In this document: positions 1 through 11,700 of the stretch, piece by piece
Numbering within the stretch: position 1 is the first letter of the stretch
Layout: each line of letters starts with the position of its first letter
Assembly: GCA_963920595.1 (NCBI GenBank)
Contig: OY986950.1
Location: 1,302,001 to 1,366,000 of the forward strand
Length of the DNA stretch: 64,000 nucleotides
Direction of reading: 5' to 3'
From: Eimeria praecox
Taxonomy: Eukaryota
Notes under the pieces: model-generated
The model's input: the letters and a program-made list of their open reading frames with translations, nothing else
Database searches by the model: none
Told to the model about the DNA's origin: nothing
Made by a program: the position numbers and the translations under genes

Positions 1-38
1 TGAGGTAGCTACGAAGTTAACATAGCCCCAAAAAATAA

Positions 39-81
<43 letters not shown>

Positions 82-539
82 ATATAATAAATAATACACA
101 GGGGAGCTAACCTCTAAGTATTTGATAGCAGGAACAATCAGCTTGAGGGCTGTGTGCTTTGCTATTAAGGCTTCTAGGTCCCCAGGTGTAGGAAACAGAG
201 ACACGTGTTTATCTTGTGGCCCTTCGATCCCGTCCCCACTCTGTTCAGGACAACCCTCTGCCAAAGACTGCAGTTCCTTTATTGCTGCAGCATCTGCTCC
301 TGCTGCTGCTAGCAGTTGTAAATATCGAGGCTGAAGACAGTTGCGCGCCCAATCCCTAGCAGCAGCAACACGACGCTGCAGCTCCCGTGCTGAGGGCCCT
401 GCTGTCTCAGCTGACGGCTCCTGCAGCAGCGCCACCGCCAAACCTAGGCGAATCGGCCGCTGCAGCAAACGATCTACGCGCTCAGCCCACGCTGCAGCAG
501 CAACGTGGCCTTTCCAGTCATTCCACCCTGCAACAGACG

Positions 540-571
<32 letters not shown>

Positions 572-2758
572 GCAGCAGCAGCAGAACGTGTGGCCTAAGG
601 CACGCTGCCCCACACCGCGAGGCACCGGCACAACATATCCTGCATGTGGATGTTTCAAGCTCTACAACTGCAGCATCTGCAGCAGCAACTGCAGCAGCAA
701 ATGCTGCAGATCTTGCCCCCCAACAGCAGCAGCAAGTGCCGTACATCAGCACCACTACTCGAGCAACCCCTAAACCCTAAACCCTAAACCCTAAACCCTC
801 TGTCATACCTGGTATGTAGACGCATACGTCCTGGGCTTGAGCAAGTATTTGCTCGCACTGTTGTAGGTCGCCTGCTGCTGCTGCTGCCCGCAGCAGCTCC
901 CTCCAAGTGACAACCTGCTGCAGCTGCTGCAGCAGGAAAATAAACTCAGGAACAATGAAAGGGATCTCATGAAAGCCCTCGACAAGCAACGAGCGAAGCA
1001 GCTGTATAGGGATACGTCCCTTGCTGCCGCCGTTGCTATTTGCTGCTGCACTTTCTGCTTTCTCACGACGGCTGCTGCTGCTGCTGCTGCTGGTATTGCT
1101 GCCATTCAAAGCAGCACAGATACGCTGAGCGAATTGTTTGCTCTGTCGAACACGCTGCTGCAGTTGCTGCAGCTCGTGTGACACCCCCACAATCTGCTGC
1201 AGCACCAACCCCTCCTGCAGCAGCTCTTCTGCCTCAGCCAGGTGTAGCCTATTCCCCATGGAGGCTGGCAAGATCGTCCCTCTAGCTGCTGCTACAGGGT
1301 CGGGGAGAGCAGGCAGCTCTACAGTTTGCTGCAGCAGCAAACTTACAGACTGCGTCTGTGGGGCTCCTGGCACCTCAACAGCAGGATTAAGAGGTGTTCT
1401 GCTGCAGCCGTCTGTCAGTGCAACAGACACACGAAGCAGCCACGACTCAACACGCTCCAGCTGTACAGACACGTTCTGCTGCAGCGTCCTTAGAGTATCT
1501 ACGTCCCGCAGCGGCGGGGGGAACGAGCTGCTGCTGCTGCTGCTGCTGGTGCTGCTGCTGTTGCTGCTGCTGCTCTCGCCTTCTGCCGGAGTGACAGTAC
1601 TGTCCGTCCCTGCTGCTGCAGCTTGGTGCTGCTGCTCCTGCTGCTGCAGGCCTGTCTTCGAACACAGCTGCGGCAGCAAGAGCAGGTTGCCTCCTGCTGC
1701 GGAAACAGAGCTGCCTGCTGACGCAGCAGCAGCACTAACAACTGCTGCGCTGCTGCTGCCAACAGCAGCAGCAGGGACTTGAGCAAAAAATACTGCAGCC
1801 TGACGCTGCATCTGCAGCAGCAGCAATATACAGCACACAACAACAAAGAAGGTGCAGCCGGAGGCGGTCCGGGCCCCGCTACTACTCAAACAGAACAGCA
1901 GCAACAGCAGCAGCAGCAACAGCAGCAGCAACAGCAGCAGCAACAGCAGCAGCAGCAGCAATTTCGTTAGCTTACAGTGGTAAGGGGCTCGTGTAGAACA
2001 GATAATTGAAAGGGGTTTGGCAGCCGATGAGGGTGCTGCTGCTGTTCGTACAGCATAGCATCTCCTCGTTGAGCCGCAACAGCAGAAGAGGCCCTCTTAA
2101 CTGCTGCAACGGATTCAAATCCCTCCCGCCGCCAGACAGACTGCTGCTGCAGCAGCCGCTGCTGCTGCTGTACAGACTGGAGGGAGCATGGCTCTGGCTG
2201 TTGACCCGACAGATCCCCTGCTGCAGCACGGAGCTGCGGTGACAGCAGCAACTGTTGCTGCTGCTGCTGCTGCTGCTGCAGGCGTCTATCTGCATACATG
2301 TACTCATACACAAGCTCTTGATCGAGACAGTTGAAATCTGTCGCCCAGTCTGCAACCGTCTCCGCCATTTGCTGCTGCTCCTCGTGCAGCAGTCTGAAGG
2401 CCTCTTCCTGCTGCTGCTCGGTTGCTGCAGCAGCAGCAGCACGTCCTCCCATCCCCCCTCCTCCTTCAGCTTCAGCAGCTGCAGCAGCAGCAGCTGCAGC
2501 AGCAGCTGCTGCTGCCGCTGCTCCTCTTCCCCGGCCACGGGCACCACGGGCACCACGAACAGGAGGGCCGTGCAGCATCTCTTCCTCGTGCTGCTGCTGC
2601 TGCAGCAGACGCCTTGCTGCTGCTGCTGCTCCTCTGCGGCCCCTGCCTCTGCTGGGGGCTGCAGCAGCAGAACAGAAAACAGAAGCATCAAACACCCTGA
2701 AGGGTTGAGTCGTGAGTATGCGGACAAGGGGAACAGACACGCGCTGCTGCAGCGAGGA

Positions 2759-2791
<33 letters not shown>

Positions 2792-2880
2792 CGGTGGCGA
2801 GTCAGAGCCACCCTTGCTGCAATCCTTTGCGTCTGATGCCAGGCTCCCAGCCCCAGGCGCTTCCGGAGTGCTGTTGCTGC

Positions 2881-2929
<49 letters not shown>

Positions 2930-3639
2930 ACTGCCGTCTCTGTCGCCGCCGCCGTTGCTGCAGCTGCTGCTGCCGTTGCTGCAGCTGCTGCTGCTGCTGC
3001 TGTTTAAGCCTACATCATTCCCTCTAGAAGATTCTTGTGAAGCAGCAGCACACACCTCATATGTATTTGCTGCTGCTGCTGCTCCTGCTGCTGCTGCTGC
3101 TGCTGCTTCCTCCGTAAGTCCCGTTTCAACTCGCTTGACCGCAGCGCCGTCTTCTTCCGGTTCTTCTGGGGACGCAGCAGCAGCATCAGGTGAGGCAGCA
3201 GCAGCAGCAGCATCAGCAGCAGCAGCAACAGTAGCTGTTGCTGCTGCTGCTGCTGCTGCCTCTGGAGCAGCGTCCTTTATCTGTGTCAACACATCTCCCC
3301 CCCCTACTGATATGCTCGCCTCTATCGGCGTCTCCGGCGCAACAACACGCTGCTGCAGCAGCAGCAATCTACATCCTTCTGCAGCAGCATCTTGCTGCTC
3401 CTCCTCCTCCTTATCTCGCTGCCGTTGCAGCTCCTTATCGAGAGGTAGACAAGGGTCAACCCAGCACTGATGCAGCAGCGCGTCGCGTCTAACAGACTTA
3501 CGTTGTCTGCTGCCACTCAAGGCCCGCATATACAGCCGTCCTGCTGCAGCTGTACAGCAAATAAAACACACGCAGCAGCAGCAACGGATACACAAGCAGC
3601 ATGCATCTCTGTAAGTCTTTTCATGTTTATAAGCCGTAA

Positions 3640-3670
<31 letters not shown>

Positions 3671-3986
3671 AGCAGCAGCAGCAGCAGTAGTAGTAGGAGT
3701 AGCAGTAGCGAGAGCGAGGACAGCAGCAGCGAGGCCAGCGCTGAGAGAGAGAAGACGAGAGACAGCATAAAGGCAACAGTAAAAACCCTACGATATATAA
3801 AAACCTACCTCCATCAATGCTTGTAGCGTCTGCTGCTGTTGCTGCTGCAGCTGCTGCTGCGGCGCCCGGCGGCTGCGAGGGCGAGGGGCCCCCACGAGCA
3901 CCTGCAGAGCTCATTGCCGTCTGAGGTGTAGGCGGAATGTGTTGATGTTGCTCATTCTGGCAATCAGACGCCACCCGAACCGCTGC

Positions 3987-4024
<38 letters not shown>

Positions 4025-4467
4025 CTCCTCCTGTTGCTGCTGGGGGAACACACGGGGCAGCAGCAGCCGTGTTGTTAATGCACTAGAGGAGCTCGTCTCT
4101 TCTGTTTAGTTGTTTATGCAGCAAGGCAGCATCAAAGATAAACAACAGCTGTATTAGCTCCCCCCCTGCTGCTGCTGCTGCTGCTTAGAACGCCTACCAG
4201 GGCTGCTGCTGCCGTGCTGCAGCAGCAGCAGCCTGCCCGAGCTGCGTGGAAGCCTGCTGCTGCTGATGCTCCCCCTACAGATACTGGTGTTCCCTCAGGG
4301 CAGCAGCAGGATGAAGATGAGGAGTTGGGTCTTTTGTTGCTGCAGCTGCTGCTGCTGCTGCTGCTGCAGGGTACAGGAAAGCTGCCGAGGCGGGCCTGCC
4401 GAGGCCAGTAGCAACGGAGACTGCCGTCGTGCTACCACGGCAAAATAGTCTAGAGTAAACGGGGGCC
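1..4467 (-). CDS. Multi-exon gene for a large low-complexity protein with PLU-1-like helical repeats (KDM5/JARID1-associated domain); partial, runs off the left end, 5' end uncertain
   Basis: Phase-compatible GT-AG exons: ..3809, 3540-1976, 1811-809, 527-112. The spliced product includes IPIQLLRSLLVEGFHEIPFIVPEFIFLLQQLQQVVTWRELLR, CVYIPG|WNDWKGHVAAAAWAERVDRLL, RELQRRVAAARDWARNC and PTPGDLEALIAKHTALKLIVPAIKYLE. These resemble the repeated 'L..L+.E...lP+.lPE...L...+.....W' pattern of PLU-1 domains. Confidence 0.55.
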
Positions 4468-6399
4468 CTGTGTAATATATATTAATAAAAAATTATTAGT
4501 TTAGGATGAGAGGCGTTGCTGCTGCTGCTGCTGCTGCTGCAGCAGCGCAGCCAAGGATGTTGTTGCCTTGGACAGCCAGTGGCTGCTGCAGACCCGCTCC
4601 GCGTTATTGCTGTTGTCCCCTGTGCAAGCATTCGAGGTATACTCGACACTCGTTTAGATATTATAAACAAAGTGTTATAGGGTCTTAATGAATATACAAG
4701 CCTTGCTTTGTATCTGTATGCCTACCAATAACAACCAGCACTGGTGTTGCTACCTGCGTAAATGTATGTGTTGATGCTGCCTTACCGTATATAAACACGA
4801 TGATGGGACCCCTAACATAACAGGTAATAGAAGTGCAATATGGTAGCATGTTTATACAGAAAACCTTGCAGTATATTTATTGTATGGGACATAGCAAGTA
4901 GCAGTAGCAGCAGCAACAAACAACAGCATATGGTGCCTGCAACTAGTATAAACCTACAACAGCAATATAATACAGCTGTAAATAAAATTATTTGTAGCTA
5001 ATAAATACACAGAAATATAGCAATTATATCCTTTTTAATTTAAATCGAATATTATATTTATTTACTCTTACCGCCACCATGAAGGCTACCGTGTACGTAT
5101 ACAGATAATACGACGTACATCCATAACTGTTGCAGTCGCAGCAGCAGCAGCAGCTGCTGCTGCTGCAGCAGGACATAGGGTTTATACTACCCCTGCGGGT
5201 CTGTACATCCACTGCAGCTGGTGAGTTTATAATATTTATTTAACGTACATAACAATATATCTTTATAATTACGTGGAGGAATCTGATGCTGTCGCAGCAA
5301 CAACACCTGCGGTAACAACCACTCTCGGACTCAAACAGCCCCACGTCTCTTCGTGACCCCGAGTACACTGGCGTCGCTTGTCTATGTTGTTAACAGCCGT
5401 ATATATGTATTATTAATTTATTTTATATATTTTTATTTAATGATTGGGACTGAGCGAAAGCCGCATTCGGGGGCGATCGGATGTAGCTTGCCAGCATCCT
5501 TGTCCCGATCGCGAGCTGCAAAGTGTTTACTGTGCTCCTCGATCATAGTCGGGGGTTATTTTGAGTTGTATGTATGCCAACAGTTTTTAATATAAGAGTT
5601 CCCTTAAACCATAGGGCTTCCACCCCAGTCTCCAGGCGTCCTGAGCACAGCGGCACAAAGACCTGGGGGAAGGGGGGGGGGGGGGGGGGGGGAGGGGAGG
5701 TGGCGTGTCAAGGGTGGCATTGGTATATTGCTTTGTTCTCTCTCGGTTCATGCCAGCAGCACATGAGAGGATATCATACCTTCCTTATGGTGCATGCAAA
5801 AGCACATTAGACATCTGTTGAACGCCTTGCTGGCCCTCAGCAAGCACATGCACATCAGGAGTAAATGCATATACGGACGTCGGAGAGAGCATGCTACATC
5901 TGCTTGTCTTCCTGTTTGCTACGTCTGGCCCCCTCTCTGTGTTCCACCGAGCACCTCACGCCTTCATATGGGCTAGTGAGGGCGGCAGTGCGAGGATAGA
6001 GAGAGTTGCGGAAGGGGTTGGAGCGCCGTACAGGAGAAAGGAGAAAAGGCGAGGGGGGGAGGCAAGAGGCTACTGCCACAGCTAATTAGTTGTGCTAATG
6101 TTCGTGGGGGTCTTCATTTCGCCGCGGCTGGAACGCAGTGGCGTGGGTGTTGGCCAGCTTCGGTGGTGGTTGCTTTGCGCCGGGTGTAGGAGATGCGCGT
6201 TAGCACGCAGGCTCCAGCCTAATTGAAAGCGTGTAATGAGCAGCAGGTGACGCTTAATATCAGTGTATGCGTAATTCAAATATCCTGCAAGCCTGCTGTG
6301 AGGTGCCAGTCCCAAAATAAAAAGGAGGCATTGACAGCAGTCACGTGCCACGTGCCACGGGCTGAGGGAGGGACTTAGACTACAGCGGGAACGTCAATA

Positions 6400-7045
6400 G
6401 ATCCAGGACGTACTCAGATATTGCGATACGATGGCCTCTAAACGGGTGAGAGGGCCACCTCAGCAAAATCCATATGCAACCAAACTTTATGCTGCTCTGT
6501 GGAGGTTCACCCTTGTAGCGCCCTCGCTGATTCGAAGAGGGAGCATAGATGTGCCTGAAAAGCAGCTTCTTAGAAACGATCCACAACCCACACAGGCTCT
6601 CGGCCTCCTTCCCATTCAAAGCACTATTCTCTTTTTTCGTTGCTACTGCATGTCGCTACACATATACGTAGGGTATCAGTCTCTTCCAGTCGCTCCTGCT
6701 CTCAGTGGCGTTGATGCCATCTTGCAATAGGATAGGGGGAATTCTGTGGTTCCTTGAACCTTTTCATAAAGCCAGCATTTGTGGTGTGGTCGCAATTCAG
6801 AACTACGGCGCAAGTCCATGGGTTTATCCGTGAGCAAAAACGAAGTGCCCTACCGAATGCACAGCGAGCTTTTTTTTAGCAGCCGCAGATCTTCGGCTGC
6901 TCTCGCTCCTGCGCGCTTCCGAGACCGTTCAAGTCCACTAAGTCTACATGGAGATGGTGCTTTCTTCAAAACGTTCGGTAGACCTGCAAGGTGTGCATGA
7001 GGATATGCAGTTGTGGGTTTGCGGTGCTGGCTGCCATCAGTCACC
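6400..7045 (-). pseudogene. 3' continuation of the decayed element (integrase C-terminus, possible chromodomain trace)
   Basis: Removing the young element and one TSD joins the frames as ...YTEIR*SHGRL|KVTDGSQHRKP, resembling the post-DDE 'SPFEV..G..P' segment. WILLRWPSHP (~6440-6480) weakly resembles YLVKWxGYP. Confidence 0.45.
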
Positions 7046-7050
7046 TTCAA

Positions 7051-7445
7051 TGTAGTGTCTGGCACTACAATACCCCGGATTTAAGCTCCTAATTCGGCAA
7101 GAAAGAATTTTGTGAGAAGAAAACGAAAGGTCAATTAAGGTTTGCTAGTTGACTCGAAGCAGTCAACTGGCGGGGGGCTAGCTAGCTGGGGGACCTGGGG
7201 CTGGCAGCCGCTCCCGCAGCGGCGCAGCCATCCCCCCGCCCTGCACGAGCACTGCGGTGCTCGATGTGGGGACACTGTAAAACGTTAGAATAATTTAGAA
7301 TATAAAAAGTAGTTTAACGGCCTTTTAGGTTTTCTTTTTAGAAACTCTAATTATTCAAAAAGTAGGAGCATGAATTGACCTGGTTCTAGTTTGCGACGCC
7401 AGCACCAGAGGTAGATTATGTAGCCTGAAGAGACGCGGCGCTACA
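7051..7445 (+). repeat. 5' LTR
   Basis: Matches 13621-14015 at 394/395 positions by manual comparison (T7058 vs C13628). TG...CA ends with a short imperfect terminal inverted repeat. TATA-like TATAAAAA at 7301-7308. Confidence 0.97.
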
Positions 7446-7448
7446 ATA

Positions 7449-7466
7449 TGGGGGCTGCTCCGGGAT
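7449..7466 (+). promoter_or_regulatory. Primer-binding site, tRNA-Pro-like
   Basis: TGGGGGCTGCTCCGGGAT starts 3 nt after the 5' LTR and begins with TGG (complement of tRNA CCA). It matches the murine leukaemia virus tRNA-Pro PBS TGGGGGCTCGTCCGGGAT at 16/18 positions. Confidence 0.85.
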
Positions 7467-7587
7467 CTTACTGAAATACTCTGGGAATGAATGAAATCAA
7501 CTAAATACCATCACTCCCAAATAAGCCCATCCTATTCCTCGATGAACCCATAGGGATCCACACACCTAAAGGAGACAAGGACTTGCC

Positions 7588-8715
7588 ATGCACTTGCGCG
7601 ACGGGAAGGTGCTACGACCCCCACAGCTGCCGGGCTCCGAGATGTCTAACCCAATCACACCCCACAGAGAAACTTCTGGGCAACACACAGAACCGAAGAG
7701 AATGGAGCATAACCGGGATCTCGGTCCCCTCATCGCCGGGGAGGGACGCCCCGCATCGCGGAGCAGAGAGCACGAAGGTGGGGGACGCAAGGACCAAGGA
7801 GTGCCCTATGTCAAACTAGAGCCCGAGATGGTTGATATGTTCAAGCAGTTAGCCGTTGGAATTAAATCGAGCCAACAGCGGATCACTACACACGAGGATG
7901 GAAGTAACATGAAAGCCTTCCTTGACTTCATGGAGCAGGAATTCTTAGACCAAGATCTCTTAGAGATGCAGTGGGGATACGAACTGAGGAGATACCTGTC
8001 GGGCAAGGCCTTAGCCCATTGGCTGCACATGCGTCGAACCGGAACGCCATTAAACGACTGGCGGCGTGTGCGAGAGAACCTCTGTGCGCGGTTCTGCAGC
8101 ACGTCGCGGGACAAGATGATTGAGAGGATGGCCTGGAATGTTTGGCGAGGGAACCACGTCGACTATTCCTCACGTTTCGCAGATATCGTAATGGAAGGGG
8201 AGACGCTACCACCTGACGAGCTGTTAGGTTACTTCTTGGCTAATCTACCAATGGAACTACGACGAGCCCTCACTGAAGGAGGAACGAGGAACTTCCTGGA
8301 TTGGCAGGAGGCCGCCACAGCGCTAAGCGCCTTGGAGTCCCCTTGGAAGGCTTCGAGTGTGCGGTGGCAGCGATTCGAGCAGGAGCTAACGAACGCCAGG
8401 CGTAGAACGGGACCTGGCGGGCCGCCAAGTAGCCCACGGCGAGCTCCAACTAGGCAGGAAACTCCACGGGGAGAAAACACACCAACCCGCTGCTATGAGT
8501 GCAGGGGGAAAGGACACCTCGGAAGGGACTGCCCGCTCCGAAATGGCGCGGTTAGGCGCACAGGAGAAACGTGCTCCCGATGCGGAGGACGGGATCATTA
8601 TGCAAGAGACTGTGCGAACCCACGGGAGTCCCCCGGGCGACAGGATGGGCGTAAACCCCCACTGGCCACCGCGAACGGAGAAGCGGGAACAAGCCGGTCA
8701 AACTATCAGGCCTAG
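7588..8715 (+). CDS. gag: Gag (capsid-like region plus nucleocapsid with two CCHC zinc knuckles)
   Basis: 375-aa ATG ORF downstream of the PBS. It contains CYECRGKGHLGRDC and CSRCGGRDHYARDC (C-X2-C-X4-H-X4-C) and a retrotransposon-gag-like core (YLSGKALAHW...DYSSRF...YFLANLP). Confidence 0.93.
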   Translation: MHLRDGKVLRPPQLPGSEMSNPITPHRETSGQHTEPKRMEHNRDLGPLIAGEGRPASRSREHEGGGRKDQGVPYVKLEPEMVDMFKQLAVGIKSSQQRITTHEDGSNMKAFLDFMEQEFLDQDLLEMQWGYELRRYLSGKALAHWLHMRRTGTPLNDWRRVRENLCARFCSTSRDKMIERMAWNVWRGNHVDYSSRFADIVMEGETLPPDELLGYFLANLPMELRRALTEGGTRNFLDWQEAATALSALESPWKASSVRWQRFEQELTNARRRTGPGGPPSSPRRAPTRQETPRGENTPTRCYECRGKGHLGRDCPLRNGAVRRTGETCSRCGGRDHYARDCANPRESPGRQDGRKPPLATANGEAGTSRSNYQA

Positions 8716-11700
8716 ACGTTACGGGAGATGAACGTGCTAGGCAAATAAAGCGCACGGATGGTAAATTGTGCCTGGCGGCCACCGGGCCCAACGCCATCCC
8801 AGTCTCCCCCGACTGGAGGCAGAAGCTTCTCCCGAAGAAGAAGCTGACCCAACAGAAAGAGGAGGTCGAACGGACCCCCTCAGCAGCTGCAGGAAATTTC
8901 GCTCCGTCCTGGACCGGGAACGAACGGATCGGAACCGATAACAGCGGGAAAGGGGATCCCGCACAGGAACGTACACGGGAGGTCTCGCGGCAAGAGACCT
9001 CACAGCAGAAAGCGGCAGAAAGAGCAGCGGATTTACACGATAACGGCGGGAAAGGGGATCCCGCACAGGAACGTACACGGGAGGTCTCGCGGCAAGAGAC
9101 CTCACAGCAGAAAGCGGCAGAAAGAGCAGCAGATTTACCTTGGTGGCACGAAGGGATGGTACCAGAGCTGACGCATGAGTATCACGGGTCCCTCTGCGGC
9201 ACAGGCAAGACAGCGGTACTGCAGCTAGAGATTGTGGGACAAGAGTGTGAGGGGCTACTCGACACAGGAGCGTCACGCAGCTTTATTAGTCCGGCTGCGG
9301 TCGAGCGATTGGGGCTTAGGGTGCGTATCTTACCTGAGGCATGCTCCTTTACTGTCGCCAACGGAGAGGTTCTACATATTGACCGATTCGTCCCTCGGTT
9401 ATCCATGCTATGCGGAGGGGAGTGTTTCACGGGGGATTTCCTAGTAGGTCCGATCCCTTACGATGTTATCCTCGGTATCGATTGGCTTGTTAACCACAAG
9501 GTAGCGTGGTATTTCCAGTCCGACAAGCTTCGGACGTATGTGAACGGACGGTGGTGTGACCTGCCGGTCCAGCGAAAGGAACTTCGACCCCCGGCGGACG
9601 CTTCAACTACCACGAAGCCTGCGAAGAGCACAGCAGACCTCGCATACGAAGCACTAGCTCAGCAAGTGGCCCGCATGACGGCAGAGGAGGCCGCTACTCT
9701 CCTCCGACCGCCTCCCAAACGTTATAAGTCCCGACATCGGGCAGGTGCTCGTGTACAGATAAAGGATCTACTACGTGAGGCCCGCCACAACACCGCTAAT
9801 ATGGGCCAAGCTCTCGAAGGATTGCATTTCATTGCCGTCTTACCGGAGACTAAACCCGACCGAGTCGTCCATGTACCCCTGGAGCGTCAGGGTCCCCTTC
9901 TGTGCGCAATCGTGGAACACTACCAGGCATCAGTATGCGAACCACACGCTAAGTCTGCCGATGCCGTTGTATCTGAAAGGCAAGACACGGAGGACTCCCC
10001 TTGGCCCACAGCTAAGCTGTCATACACTGAATTCGACAGTTGGTCCCAAAGCCCGGCAGCACTCCGCTTACCACCACAGATACTCACCGTCTTACAGCAG
10101 CATCGACTCGTGTTCCCCGATAGTCTTCCCGATGGGTTGCCCCCCAAACGACCCTATGACCATCGCATTCTCTTGCTGCCCGGCAAGCTACCGACCAAAG
10201 CCCCTATATACAAGATGCCCCCTGAACAGCTCGCTCACCATACGAAGGAGATTGCTCGGCTGTCGGCTAAGGGATGGATAGGACCTACCTACTCTCCAAT
10301 ATGCGCCCCCACCATCATGGTGGATAAACATGATGACGGATCCGGTGAACGCAAGATGCGCATGGTAGTGAACTATCAAGCACTAAATGCACTCACAATT
10401 GCCCCCGAATTCCCCATGCCCACAGTACATACTATTCTCGAAATGTTAGGAGGGGCCACCTACTTCTCTACATTGGACTTGGAGGCAGGATTTCACCAGA
10501 TCCGCATGGCTAAGGAGGACCGATGGAAGACGGCTTTCCGCTCAGTGCAAGGACTTTTTGAGTACAAGGTTATGCCCTTTGGACTCAAGGGCGCGCCAGC
10601 TACCTTCCAAGCTACAATAAACGCCTATCTTCAACCACTCCTAGGCCACGGGGTCATTGCATATTTAGATGATGTGCTCATATATAGCCCAACACTGGAT
10701 ACCCACACCGCCCTCCTACAGCAAGTTCTCAGCATTTTCCTCACTCACCAATTCTACCCACGGCTATCGAAATGCAAGTTCGCACAGGAGGAGCTCACAT
10801 ACTTGGGATATACCATTGGGGCAGCAGGCATCAAACCGTCCACCGACAAGGTCGAGGCCATACTCCTATGGCCGGACGTACTGACTAATGAGACACAAGT
10901 CCGCCAGTTTCTGGGGACGGTCAACTACTGTCGGATGTTTATGGGGCCCCGCTTTGCAGACACAGCAAGACCCCTCGTTGAACTCACCCGGAAAGATACC
11001 TCCTTCGTCTGGGGGCCCTCTCACACCGCCGCAGTCCGCCAACTCAAACGGCTCCTCGCTGAATACACCACATTACAAGTCCCCGACCCCACGAGACCCT
11101 ATACACTTTATACTGACGCATCTGGATACGCGCTTGGGGCTGTCCTAGAGCAGGATGGCAAGCCGGTAGGCTTTCTGAGTCAAGTCCTGAGCCCGGCCCA
11201 ACAACGGTACTCCATTTACGATCAGGAACTTCTCGCCCTCGTTACCGCCCTCGATAAGTGGCGTCACCTCCTCCGCGCAGCCAAGGTCACCGCCTACACC
11301 GACCATCAAGCGTTGACATACCTGCAGCGCATCAACACACAGAAGCCACTCCGGGGCCGCACGGCTCGTTGGCTTGATTTCTTGGCCGAGTTCCCCGACC
11401 TAACTATCTCATACCTACAGGGCACCCGCAATACAGTCGCGGATGCCCTCTCCCGCCACCCCCAACATGCGCTCCCTACTCACACCCCGCCTCCCCTTTC
11501 TTCCCTTACCTCCGCATCATCAAGCAAAACACCTCCACCTGCTCGTTATCGTACTCGGGCTAATCCTCGAGATTTCCGTGCTGAGGCAGGCCTCCGCCCG
11601 TCCCGATCACGCCGTACCGCCACTCCTTCCTCGCCTCCAGCCGCCTTGACGGACCATGATTCCCCTCCTTCAGGCCCACCTGCACCGTCACGAACGCCCG

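Noticed and set aside
5300..6400. LTR of the older decayed element
   Set aside because: No matching direct repeat was found by eye near 17.5 kb; its boundaries cannot be supported.
7446..7466. Tf1-style self-priming site
   Set aside because: I saw no complementary match within the LTR, and the sequence fits a tRNA 3' end beginning with TGG.
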